Source of the DNA: Parachlamydiales bacterium
GTDB taxonomy: Bacteria; Chlamydiota; Chlamydiia; Chlamydiales; JAFEGQ01
Assembly: GCA_050250135.1 (NCBI GenBank)
Contig: JBFWPF010000004.1
Span: forward strand, 1,893 to 65,892
Direction: 5' to 3'
DNA: 64,000 nucleotides
The translations under genes and the position numbers were made by a program. Position 1 is the first letter of the stretch. Every line of letters starts with the position of its first letter. The notes under the pieces are model-generated. The model saw nothing but the letters and a program-made list of their open reading frames with translations. It was not told where the DNA came from and searched no databases. Shown one piece after another: positions 17,169 to 25,818 of this stretch.

Positions 17169-20100
17169 TGCGGTTATTGTTACCCCTTCTCCTTCTGCTT
17201 ACTCCACTCAGAGCTGCCCTCTGGAGCGATTGGCAGGCTGTGGGCCGCGTTGAGGGATACTACGGCTCACGTGTGGCTGCCCTCGCCGACGTTTTTGTTC
17301 CGATAGCCGGCGATGAGCGTACCCTCGTCTATGCCGACGGCCGCCTCTGGCACTACCGTCAGGGCGCCTACGAGTACAATGCAGGGGCCGGCATCCGCTT
17401 TCTCGACCCCTGTTGCCGCTTTATTGCCGGGGGCTACCTCTTCTACGACGGGCTCAAAACGACGCCCCTTGCCATTCCCTTTGAGCAAAACGGGATGGTG
17501 GAGCTCTGTAATGGCCCCGTCCCCCTCTCTCCCGATCTCCTCTTCCCTTGCGTCTGCAACTTCCCCTCGTTCCATCGGGTGACCTTTGGCTTTGAGCTCC
17601 TCAGCTGCATTGGCGGCGCCCGCCTTAACGTCTATGTCCCGGTCGGGCGCAAGGCAAAGCTAGCGGGGCAATTTCCCACCGGCATCGTGTCGGGCAACGA
17701 CCTGATCATCCTCAACCGGGATCGCTATGTCGCCTGTCAGCCGGCTATCGAGTGGGAAATTGGTGCGCGCATTCCCCGCCTCCCTTGCCTCAAGACCTTT
17801 ATCGGCTCCTACCACTTCCTCCATCACGAAGGAGCTGCCGGCACATCAGGTGTGCAAGCCCGCATCGAAGCCAAGCTCTCTTCCTGGCTTAACTTTCGCC
17901 TGATCGAGCGGTGGGATCCCATTCGTAAAAACCAACTGCTATTTGGCCTAGAGTTTCATCTGGGAGGCAAGCCCTGCAAGCCTGTCCATTGTCCTCTTGC
18001 TTGCCAGATGACCTCCCGCGTTGTTCGCGATCTAGGTCTACTATTCAATGGAGGGTGCACCACCCGCTTTGGTCAGTCGGTTGTTAAGTCGATTCCGATT
18101 GAGGTGATCTTCGTCGACAACCTCGCTCCTCCGGGCGGAGATGGGACGCTCCAGATGCCCTACCAGACCATTATTCAGGCGGCTGCTACGGCTGAGTTTG
18201 CAGCAGGCACACCGGTCTATGTCTTCGAAGGGGGTCCCAACTATGCCCTGCCAGGCAATAACCTAATGGTCGTAGCCGGGCAAACCTTTCAGGGGTCAGG
18301 ATCGCCTCTGGTATTTAATTTGGTGGAGATATTCCCCGCCGACGGCTTTCCTACCCTAGAGGGGGCGGTAACAGCGGCAACCAATAGCACCCTCATGGGC
18401 TTTAATCTGATTCAAGGGTCGACGGCAGAGACAGCGGGGATTCAGGGCACAGGTGTGAGCAATGTGACCCTCTGCTGCCTCAATATCTCAGACTACACTG
18501 CGCCGACCTCATTTGGCATTTCGATGAGCGATGTCAATACGCTGTTTATGAGAGAGATCACGGTCAGCTCGATTTTCGGATCGGCCGGTATGGCAGGCGT
18601 TGATGGAGTGGGCGCAGGTGCCTCAGGCGGCAACGGAACCGATGGGGGAGTGGCAACTGGTATCTCGATCTTGAGCGGAAGCAACATCACCGGCCTAGAG
18701 CTAACCATTTCGAATATCCAGGGCGGTGCGGGCGGCTCCGGAGGCAATGGCCAGCCCGGAGCTAACGGAGCGAATGGGCTGAATGGCTTTCCCACTACCC
18801 CCGGTACAGCAGGAGGACCAGGGCAGCCGGGTGGGGACGGGGGTAATGCGGGAATGGGCGGAGCAGCTTATGGCTTTGTCCTCCCCTCAGTCCAATTAGC
18901 TAACCTATCCGCGATCACCCTATCCGATATTGCAGGGGGTGCTGGTGGTGACCCTGGCTTTGGCGCGGGAGGCGGGGCTGGAGGAGCCGGTGGGAAAGGG
19001 GGGGTATCGACAGTGGGTATCGACCCCAACATTCCGGGCGGCAATGGGGGATCGGGAGGTGCAGGAGGTATGGGCGGCTCAGGTGGGCTCCCGGGAGATG
19101 GCGGAGCAGCGACTGGCCTATCGGCTCCTATGGGGCTCTTCATCCTTGAGGGGGTCGCTATTCAGGGAGTCTCGGGCGGCTCTGGAGGGGGCCTGATGCA
19201 GCCTGGCGTCGGGGGGAATGGGGGAGCTGGAGGCGCTGGCGGCGATGGGGGAGATTGGACCAATGGTGTGGTCAACAGTATCCCCGCCGCAGGAGGGGGG
19301 AATGGAGGAATAGGGGGCAGTGGAGGGAATGGAGGTGATGGGAGCCGGGGCGGTCTGGGCGGAGGTGTCTATGGCCTCGCAGCGCCCGCTGGTACCGCCA
19401 CCCTTCGACAAGTAAATATTGTCGATGTTCAGGGCGGTGATGGCGCCCCCTCTGGCCAACCGGGCTCTGGGGGCGTTGGGAGACCAGGGGGTGACGGAGG
19501 GGTGCGACCTGCGGCTGCGTTGGCTGGGCAGGGGATAGGTAACAATGGCGATGGTGGGGCTGGGGGGAGAGGGGGCGATGGAGGCAACGGGGGCATGCCG
19601 GGGAAGGGGGGGGATGCCACCGGCGCGCTCTTGTCCGGCTCTCAAGACCTCCAGTTGGAGAGCATAGCGATTCAAACGGTAGTCGCTGGGAATGGTGGGG
19701 GGACCCCGCTAGCCTCAAATGGTGGTCACGGAGGGGCAGGAGGGGGCGGGTCTCGCTTTGATAGTTTCCGTACCCTCGCTCGGCCAGGCGGGGCCGGTGG
19801 CGCAGGAGGCGTAGGAGGTGCCATGGCGCTACCTGCGATAGGGGGCTCTGCTATTGGCGCTGATATTTCGAATGCCAACGGGGTTACCGGTCAAATACTG
19901 GTCCTGCAGGAGATCAGGGCAGGGGCGCCCGGAGCGGCCACCCCAGGTGGGGGTGCTGGAGGGAATGGCGGAGGAGGGGGTAACGGGAGTTTCGCTAAAT
20001 TGCCTCCTCTGACCCCCATGAATGGGGGTGTAGGGGGAGCTGGCGGCCTCTCTGGAGCTGGCGGGAGCATCACCGGCGTAAGTGGGCCGGGAGGCAGAGC

Positions 20101-20941
20101 CGTAGGGCTCTCCCTTGACGGGGCCACAGGCAACCTCTCTTTTGATGACCTGACTGTTCAAGATGTCCTTGCGGGAGATGGCATCTCAAATGGGTCTGGC
20201 GGAAATGGTGGTAATGGGGGTGCTGGGGGAGATGGTGGAGCTACATTCGTGAATTCGGTTGAAGCCCTCGTTGGCAATGGGGGTAATGGAGGTGCTGGAG
20301 GTGCGGGGGGGATGGTCCCTGAGGCTGGCTCCGGCGGAGAGGCGGTGGGGATTTCGGCTTTCGGTGTTGGGAGCGACCTTGCCCTCTCCTCATTCGTTGT
20401 TCAACGTACTGGCGGTGGGGCTGCTTCCCCTTCCGGAAGTGGGGGACAAGGGGGTAATGGAGGTGTCGGTGGTTCTTCCCAGGTGCTAAACGAGGTACTG
20501 GCCGGGACGGGTGGAGACGGGGGGGATGGAGGTGCTGGAGGCAGCGTAGGCGCTGGAGGTGCCGGAGGGAGCGCAACCGGTGTTGATGCTCGAGGAGGCC
20601 TCACCATCACCTTTGGAACCGGCAGTGTGATCGATGTGGTAGGAAGAGATGGGGCAAGTGGCGGCAATGGTGGCAATGGGGGGAGCGGCGCGGCTGCAGG
20701 TCCTGGGTTCCCAGATGGATCGCCGGGAATGGCTGGCGCCGGCGGCGATGGCGGCGACGGTGGCAGTGGTGGTGATGCTACCGGCTACAACACCACAGGA
20801 ACCGTTCGCAATATCGATCCCCCCGCTTCGGGTGTTGTTGCCGGCTCGGGAGGTGCTGCGGGCACGGGCGGCACTCCAGGCGGGGCAAATGGTACCCCGG
20901 GCATAAGCGGCAATGCAAATGATCGCCTACCGCCTCCCTGA
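17168..20941 (+). CDS. inverse-autotransporter-like outer membrane protein with Gly-rich beta-helix-type passenger
   Basis: 1257 aa. Signal peptide MRLLLPLLLLLTPLRA. The N-terminal ~270 aa follow the intimin/invasin barrel pattern (VFVPIAGDERTLVYADGRLWHYRQGAYEYNAGAGIRFL...GGYLFYDG ... LLFGLEFHLG). Next comes APPGGDGTLQMPYQTIIQAA (a parallel beta-helix start motif). Then about 800 aa of GGxGGxGG runs are interrupted periodically by short hydrophobic strands (LxDIxGGAGG). Confidence 0.72.
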   Translation: MRLLLPLLLLLTPLRAALWSDWQAVGRVEGYYGSRVAALADVFVPIAGDERTLVYADGRLWHYRQGAYEYNAGAGIRFLDPCCRFIAGGYLFYDGLKTTPLAIPFEQNGMVELCNGPVPLSPDLLFPCVCNFPSFHRVTFGFELLSCIGGARLNVYVPVGRKAKLAGQFPTGIVSGNDLIILNRDRYVACQPAIEWEIGARIPRLPCLKTFIGSYHFLHHEGAAGTSGVQARIEAKLSSWLNFRLIERWDPIRKNQLLFGLEFHLGGKPCKPVHCPLACQMTSRVVRDLGLLFNGGCTTRFGQSVVKSIPIEVIFVDNLAPPGGDGTLQMPYQTIIQAAATAEFAAGTPVYVFEGGPNYALPGNNLMVVAGQTFQGSGSPLVFNLVEIFPADGFPTLEGAVTAATNSTLMGFNLIQGSTAETAGIQGTGVSNVTLCCLNISDYTAPTSFGISMSDVNTLFMREITVSSIFGSAGMAGVDGVGAGASGGNGTDGGVATGISILSGSNITGLELTISNIQGGAGGSGGNGQPGANGANGLNGFPTTPGTAGGPGQPGGDGGNAGMGGAAYGFVLPSVQLANLSAITLSDIAGGAGGDPGFGAGGGAGGAGGKGGVSTVGIDPNIPGGNGGSGGAGGMGGSGGLPGDGGAATGLSAPMGLFILEGVAIQGVSGGSGGGLMQPGVGGNGGAGGAGGDGGDWTNGVVNSIPAAGGGNGGIGGSGGNGGDGSRGGLGGGVYGLAAPAGTATLRQVNIVDVQGGDGAPSGQPGSGGVGRPGGDGGVRPAAALAGQGIGNNGDGGAGGRGGDGGNGGMPGKGGDATGALLSGSQDLQLESIAIQTVVAGNGGGTPLASNGGHGGAGGGGSRFDSFRTLARPGGAGGAGGVGGAMALPAIGGSAIGADISNANGVTGQILVLQEIRAGAPGAATPGGGAGGNGGGGGNGSFAKLPPLTPMNGGVGGAGGLSGAGGSITGVSGPGGRAVGLSLDGATGNLSFDDLTVQDVLAGDGISNGSGGNGGNGGAGGDGGATFVNSVEALVGNGGNGGAGGAGGMVPEAGSGGEAVGISAFGVGSDLALSSFVVQRTGGGAASPSGSGGQGGNGGVGGSSQVLNEVLAGTGGDGGDGGAGGSVGAGGAGGSATGVDARGGLTITFGTGSVIDVVGRDGASGGNGGNGGSGAAAGPGFPDGSPGMAGAGGDGGDGGSGGDATGYNTTGTVRNIDPPASGVVAGSGGAAGTGGTPGGANGTPGISGNANDRLPPP

Positions 20942-20983
20942 ATGTGATCTGCGGATAAACCTCAAATCGGTTAATGTCGAGAA

Positions 20984-21940
20984 ATGGTCAGATGGGCAGT
21001 CGGCGTTGATCTTGGCGGAACCAAAGTGGAGGTGGCTCAGATCGATGCCTCGGGCCATCTTCTAGAAGCACTCAAATTCCCCACCCACCCTAAAGAGGGG
21101 AGCGCCGCCATTGAGCAAGCGATCGCCGACGGTATTGCTCAGCTCGAAAAAAAGATCGGCAGTGAGCCGGTCGGCGTTGGAGTTGGCGTGGCGGGACAGG
21201 TCGAAAAGGCTAGCGGCGCTGTCCTCTTTGCGCCCAACCTTCAGTGGCATAACGTCCCCCTCCAGCATGACCTTCATGAGGCGCTCGACCTCCCTGTTGT
21301 TGTCGTCAACGATGTCCGGGCGGCCACCTGGGGGGAATATCTGCACGGCGCAGGCAGGGGAACCGACGACCTCGTCTGCCTCTTTATCGGCACCGGCATT
21401 GGGGGGGGAGTTGTTGCAAACGGGAGTGTGCTGCGGGGAGCCTCGAACACTGCGGGTGAACTGGGCCACACCGTCGTCGACCTCCATGGCCCGATTTGCA
21501 AGTGTGGCAACACCGGTTGCGTTGAGGCGATTGCCGGTGGGGCCTCCATTGCCCGACGCGCTAGGGAGGCGATAGAGGCCCACCCAGAGGAGGGGAAAGC
21601 CCTACTCAAGCTGGCAGGAGAGACCGAGCAGGTGATCACCCAGCATGTGATTGAGGCGTTCCGAAAAAACGACCCCCTAGCCACCCGCCTTATCGAAGAG
21701 GCCAAGGAGGCCCTCATTGCCTCCTGCACCAGCTTTATCAATGCCTTTGGCCCCTCTCGCCTGATCCTGGGCGGCGGCGTAACGCAAGGGCTGCCGGAGC
21801 TTATTGAGTGGATCGAAGCGGGCGTCAGAAAGCGGGCTCTCAAGGCGGCAACCAACGGCCTCACCGTCCATAAGGCGACCCTGGGTAACCACGCCGGAGT
21901 TGTCGGCGCCGGCGCCCTCGCCCTCCGCGAGTTTGGGTAG
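20984..21940 (+). CDS. ROK family sugar kinase (glucokinase-like)
   Basis: 318 aa. GVDLGGTK, IGTGIGGGVV, GELGH and the zinc motif CKCGNTGCVEA are present. Confidence 0.87.
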   Translation: MVRWAVGVDLGGTKVEVAQIDASGHLLEALKFPTHPKEGSAAIEQAIADGIAQLEKKIGSEPVGVGVGVAGQVEKASGAVLFAPNLQWHNVPLQHDLHEALDLPVVVVNDVRAATWGEYLHGAGRGTDDLVCLFIGTGIGGGVVANGSVLRGASNTAGELGHTVVDLHGPICKCGNTGCVEAIAGGASIARRAREAIEAHPEEGKALLKLAGETEQVITQHVIEAFRKNDPLATRLIEEAKEALIASCTSFINAFGPSRLILGGGVTQGLPELIEWIEAGVRKRALKAATNGLTVHKATLGNHAGVVGAGALALREFG

Positions 21941-21951
21941 GCCGAAAGGGG

Positions 21952-24132
21952 CTACTTGTTCAATCGCGTGATCGCCTTTTGGGCCTCCGGGCCAGTCGAT
22001 TTTCTGTAGTGTTTGAGAGCCTGCGTAGGGTCTTCCTTCGCTTCATAACACTGACCTAGCCCGTAGTGAGCCACGCTATGACTCTGTTGGTCGTCAAACT
22101 GATCCAGCTCCTCGCTATCCACTGCCAACACAGCGTTGAAGCACTCAATGGCTCCCTCGAGGTCCTTTTTAACCCCATTTCCCATGCAGAGACAGGTCCC
22201 TTTAATGATAGATGAGGTAAGATCTTGTAAGTCGGCTCCGATATTAGCCCAATGGAAGGCTTCCTTTGTGTTCTTGGAGAAGAGATCGTTGCCAAGGAGC
22301 AGCTGGCTGGCAAGCTCTCCGCAAGCCTCAGGCCACTTAGCGTTCGCTGCTTTGAACAGCCACTCCTTGTAAGCGTCCCAGTCCGTATCGACGGCCTCGC
22401 CATCGACGAAGGCCTGGGCTACTTTGTACATCGCTTCGGGATGGTTCTTGGTTGCTGCTGTCCTGAAATTGGAATAGGCGAAGTCGATGTCCTCGTCGCA
22501 TCCCCACCCGTATTCATAGCATTCGCCGAGCCGGAAGGTCGCTTCTACGTGCCCCTCATCGGAGAGCTTATCAAAGCACTCAAAGGCTATCTTCTCTTGC
22601 CCGTCATCTGACAGCATTTTTGCTATAGAAAACGCTTTATCCCAAGCCTTGAGTTCAATGTGACGGTTAAAGGCCTGCTCGGCAATTTTCAGGGCTTTTT
22701 TCTTGTAACCGCCTTTCATAAAGGCATCGAACGCCGCGGCGTAGTCCTTAACATCGCGATACCAAACGCCCACATCACCGTAAGCTTTTGTATACCCGCG
22801 GTCCACAGAGAGCTGATAGAGGCTCAGCTCCTGGTCTTTATCACTATCGTGGAGGAGCGTACCCCAGAGCGCAGGGGCCTTTTTATGGCCCCCGTTTGAC
22901 GCCTGTGAAAGGTACTTCTCGGCCTGCTGGTTGCTTTCAGGAGTAGAAGGCTCTAGGTAGTACCACCATGCTCCTAGCTTATATTGTGCTTCAATAAGGG
23001 TTTCGTTATCAGAATCCCCCGCATGTTTGATGGCCGCTTCCAGATAGGTCTGAACCTCTGGATCTTCGTTATCTAGTGCCTTGCCAACCAGAAGGGAGGC
23101 CTTGGCGTGCCCCATTTGCGAGGCCCTCTTTAGCTCCTCGATGGCTTGCTTGTTGTCCTCCAGTTGAAGGTTAGCAGCCGCCCGAAGATAAATTGTCTCT
23201 GCCGATTCTGATGAATGAGGCGTGCTTGAAGGTGGGGCCTCCTTTTCCTTAGTCGATGAGTTAGGCTTAAGAGAGTGGGTCTTCGTTCGAGTGTCGCCTT
23301 TCTCTTTCGGGGGATCCTCTGGCTCATTTACCTTTTGTTCATGATTATGAGGGTCGATCTTCCTTAGAGAGGGACGCTTCTCCTTCGGCTCGGATTGGTT
23401 TGTCGTTGGGGTGGTACTGGACGAGCTGCTTATGCTTTTAGAGGGTTTATTTTGTTGAGCGGGTTTGAGGCTGTTTGTGGGTTTATTTTGTTGAGCGGGT
23501 TTGAGGCTGTTCTCAGGCTTAAGTGGTTGAGCGGGTTTGAGGCTGTTTGTGGGTTTATTTTGTTGAGCGGGTTTGAGGCTGTTCTCAGGCTTAAGTGGTT
23601 GAGCGGGTTTGAGGCTGTTTGTGGGTTTATTTTGTTGAGCGGGCTTCTCCAAGGCATCCTCATCAAGAGGAGGAGGTGGTGGTGGTAAATCGTCAAAATC
23701 CGCTGGTGGTGGCAGGAAGGTTAGGTCTGGAGGGGGTAGGTTGTCGAGGTTAGGTGGAGGGGGGCTGGGATGTTTGGGGGGCTCGGGAGCGTCCGGAAGC
23801 TCATCTTCTTTTTCATCTGAATTGGGGCCTTTGTTTTCCTCTGGAGGCTTGGGATCGGAGGGGGGGTGCGCTGGAGCTCGGCTGAAGGGATTTACCTTGA
23901 CCAGCCCGGCAGCGGAGAGGGCAAGTCCCGTGGTGACCAGTACCGTTGCTCTGTAGGGAAAATCGGTGATCTGAGCAAATCGGGCCAGGGAGGCCACCCT
24001 CTCCATCTTGGATAGAAGTAGGGGTAAAACCGTTAGGCCAGCTCCAAGCCCAACCATTAGGTAACCCGTACTCGCTTCGTGTCTTGGCTCAACCATAGTA
24101 TTCTCCCCAGATAGAAGGCCGATGGCCTCCAC
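21952..24132 (-). CDS. Sel1/TPR-like repeat protein with N-terminal hydrophobic hairpin, proline-rich tract and tandem 12-aa repeats
   Basis: 726 aa. N-terminal TM pair (GYLMVGLGAGLTVLPLLL ... ATVLVTTGLALSAAGLV). Then PPPPNLDNLPPPDLTFLPPPADFDDLPPPPPP, then the NSLKPAQxxKPx repeats. The C-terminal half has Sel1-like repeats (e.g. GHVEATFRLGECYEYGWGCDEDIDFAYSNFRTAA). Visibly lower G+C than the flanks. Confidence 0.78.
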   Translation of the reverse strand: MEAIGLLSGENTMVEPRHEASTGYLMVGLGAGLTVLPLLLSKMERVASLARFAQITDFPYRATVLVTTGLALSAAGLVKVNPFSRAPAHPPSDPKPPEENKGPNSDEKEDELPDAPEPPKHPSPPPPNLDNLPPPDLTFLPPPADFDDLPPPPPPLDEDALEKPAQQNKPTNSLKPAQPLKPENSLKPAQQNKPTNSLKPAQPLKPENSLKPAQQNKPTNSLKPAQQNKPSKSISSSSSTTPTTNQSEPKEKRPSLRKIDPHNHEQKVNEPEDPPKEKGDTRTKTHSLKPNSSTKEKEAPPSSTPHSSESAETIYLRAAANLQLEDNKQAIEELKRASQMGHAKASLLVGKALDNEDPEVQTYLEAAIKHAGDSDNETLIEAQYKLGAWWYYLEPSTPESNQQAEKYLSQASNGGHKKAPALWGTLLHDSDKDQELSLYQLSVDRGYTKAYGDVGVWYRDVKDYAAAFDAFMKGGYKKKALKIAEQAFNRHIELKAWDKAFSIAKMLSDDGQEKIAFECFDKLSDEGHVEATFRLGECYEYGWGCDEDIDFAYSNFRTAATKNHPEAMYKVAQAFVDGEAVDTDWDAYKEWLFKAANAKWPEACGELASQLLLGNDLFSKNTKEAFHWANIGADLQDLTSSIIKGTCLCMGNGVKKDLEGAIECFNAVLAVDSEELDQFDDQQSHSVAHYGLGQCYEAKEDPTQALKHYRKSTGPEAQKAITRLNK
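23443..23643. repeat. in-frame tandem repeat, 36-bp units (two alternating variants, 72-bp super-period)
   Basis: GGGTTTATTTTGTTGAGCGGGTTTGAGGCTGTTTGT alternates with AGGCTTAAGTGGTTGAGCGGGTTTGAGGCTGTTCTC, about 5.5 units in total. It encodes KPTNSLKPAQQN / KPENSLKPAQPL inside the Sel1 protein. Confidence 0.85.
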
Positions 24133-24201
24133 TTCTCTGTTATAGTCATTATTTCGTGAGCAATTTTAGGGTGGCCCTCACTTTTGTGGCCAGCACTAAA
24201 C

Positions 24202-25179
24202 TTAGAAGGGGCAAACTAGCCCATCTATCTCTCGGGTGGCTCGGAAGAGCCAGGGGGAAAGGGTGGGGAGGAGGTGGCCCGCCATGAGGAGGGCAGGGGT
24301 CTGGAGGAGGGCCCGATGAAGGGCCTTGGCAATGGCAATGCGGCGGGTGTAGCGCTTTAGCCACGCCTGACGGAAGAGGGGGGCTTTGTTGTTTAAAATG
24401 TACTCGGCAGCCATCACCCCCGAGGTAATTCCCATCGCTAGCCCCTCGCCACAAATAGGGGCGACGGTACCCGCAGCATCGCCGATAAACAGAGCATTTT
24501 CCCAGTTGGGGACCGGCCGGACCCCAAATTCAGGAGCCGGGACCTCGAGCCAGTCGAAAAGGGGTTTTAGGGGGAAAGGGAGAAGGGAGGAGGGATTGCA
24601 GGGCCCCTTCGAAAGGCAGGCGACATTGAGGGTGTCGGGCGCGACTTGGGAGATCCCCAGGTAGGCCCCTTTAAAAAGATGCATCTCAAGGTGGTCAAGG
24701 CTCCCTCGGAAATGGGCCTTGTAGCCCCGGTAGGGAAAGTGGGGGCGCTTTTGGCCGGTGAGACGCCCAGTACCGATGATGGCGTAGGGAGCAGAGAGCT
24801 CCTTTTGTCCGACCTTCGCGACCCAAAGGTCATCTCGTTTTATCAGACTATCTGCGGAGGTGCTTGTGAGGACTTCGACGCGGGCGGCCAGGGCGGTATC
24901 AAAGATATAGCGGGGGGCGCTGCCCGCCGCCTGAGGGAGATCGAAGGAGAGCGTGCGGCCCTTGTAGTGAAAGTCGGCGCGGCTAAGGCGGATTTGGGGA
25001 GCAAGGCCCCACCGCTCTAGGATGGGGAGGGCCTCGGGAGAGACAAACTCGCCGCAGACCTTGTGGGAGGGGTAGGTGCCCGCTTCGAGGACGAGGGCGG
25101 GGCACCCGGCATCGGCCAGGTGATTGGCCGCGGCAAGGCCCGCAACACCCCCACCAATGATCAGAACGTGACAATCCAT
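24202..25179 (-). CDS. FAD-dependent oxidoreductase (geranylgeranyl-reductase / flavoprotein hydroxylase-like)
   Basis: ORF 24202..25245. The ATG at 25179 gives MDCHVLIIGGGVAGLAAANHLADAG (Rossmann GxGxxG at the N-terminus). FIGDAAGTVAPICGEGLAMG lies near the C-terminus. It overlaps the methyltransferase stop by 19 nt. Confidence 0.8.
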   Translation of the reverse strand: MDCHVLIIGGGVAGLAAANHLADAGCPALVLEAGTYPSHKVCGEFVSPEALPILERWGLAPQIRLSRADFHYKGRTLSFDLPQAAGSAPRYIFDTALAARVEVLTSTSADSLIKRDDLWVAKVGQKELSAPYAIIGTGRLTGQKRPHFPYRGYKAHFRGSLDHLEMHLFKGAYLGISQVAPDTLNVACLSKGPCNPSSLLPFPLKPLFDWLEVPAPEFGVRPVPNWENALFIGDAAGTVAPICGEGLAMGITSGVMAAEYILNNKAPLFRQAWLKRYTRRIAIAKALHRALLQTPALLMAGHLLPTLSPWLFRATREIDGLVCPF

Positions 25180-25814
25180 CGAAAGGGCCACCTCCACCTT
25201 ACCTGATAAGAGGTGATGGCGCCTTGTGTCAAATAGCGGCCCCACTCCCGCCGGGTAAAGGCTCGCCGGATGGAGAGGAGGCCGTCTTGGGTGATGAGCC
25301 GGTTGTGAAAGAGGCGGGAGGCTACCTCAAAGGAGGCGTAGGCGATAGGGGAGCGGTGGAGATCGCTGAGTATGACCTTTTGCTTGGCAAGGGCCTTGGC
25401 CTCTTTTAGAAATTGGACGAGCTCCTCATCTCCCATGTGGTGGCAGACGAGGGTGGCGGTGACCACATCGACCGGCTCAAGGGCCGCTAGGCTCTTCTCT
25501 TGCTGGACCTTGAAGGTGAGATTGGGGAGTTTAGGCTGTGTCTTTTGAGCAAAAGCGATTGCCGCCTCGGAGAGGTCGATGCCGGTGACTTGGGCCTGGG
25601 GATAGGTTTTGGCCAGGAGCGCCGTAAAGTAGCCGCCGCCACATCCGACGTCGAGGATCGAGGTAGGGGAGAGGCCCTTAAAGGCCTTGAGGGTGTTCTC
25701 ATCGCCGCCGAGGTATTCCCCAATCTGTCCCAATTTCAAAAGGCAGTCGTCGTACTCCTCCGGGGTGTAGTCGCCTGTATCGAGGGCCTCGAGTTCGTAG
25801 CTCTTCTTCATCAT
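25161..25814 (-). CDS. class I SAM-dependent methyltransferase
   Basis: About 217 aa. Motif I is ILDVGCGGGYFT, followed by an acidic residue after beta-2 (VTGIDLS). ATG starts at 25814 and 25811. The track start at 25820 is a GTG. Confidence 0.85.
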   Translation of the reverse strand: MMKKSYELEALDTGDYTPEEYDDCLLKLGQIGEYLGGDENTLKAFKGLSPTSILDVGCGGGYFTALLAKTYPQAQVTGIDLSEAAIAFAQKTQPKLPNLTFKVQQEKSLAALEPVDVVTATLVCHHMGDEELVQFLKEAKALAKQKVILSDLHRSPIAYASFEVASRLFHNRLITQDGLLSIRRAFTRREWGRYLTQGAITSYQVRWRWPFRWIVTF

Positions 25815-25818
25815 ATGC

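Noticed and set aside
18580-20941. PE_PGRS-like Gly-rich sequence suggesting a mycobacterial origin or contamination
   Set aside because: The same ORF starts with a Gram-negative signal peptide and an inverse-autotransporter-type barrel. It is translationally coupled to its neighbours, and the surrounding genes (lptD, kdsB) indicate a diderm LPS-producing organism.
23443-23643. Regularly spaced direct repeats that could be mistaken for a CRISPR array (also 39100..39339)
   Set aside because: The units are contiguous (36 bp and 30 bp) with no spacers. They are in frame and translate into peptide repeats inside long ORFs. No cas genes are present.
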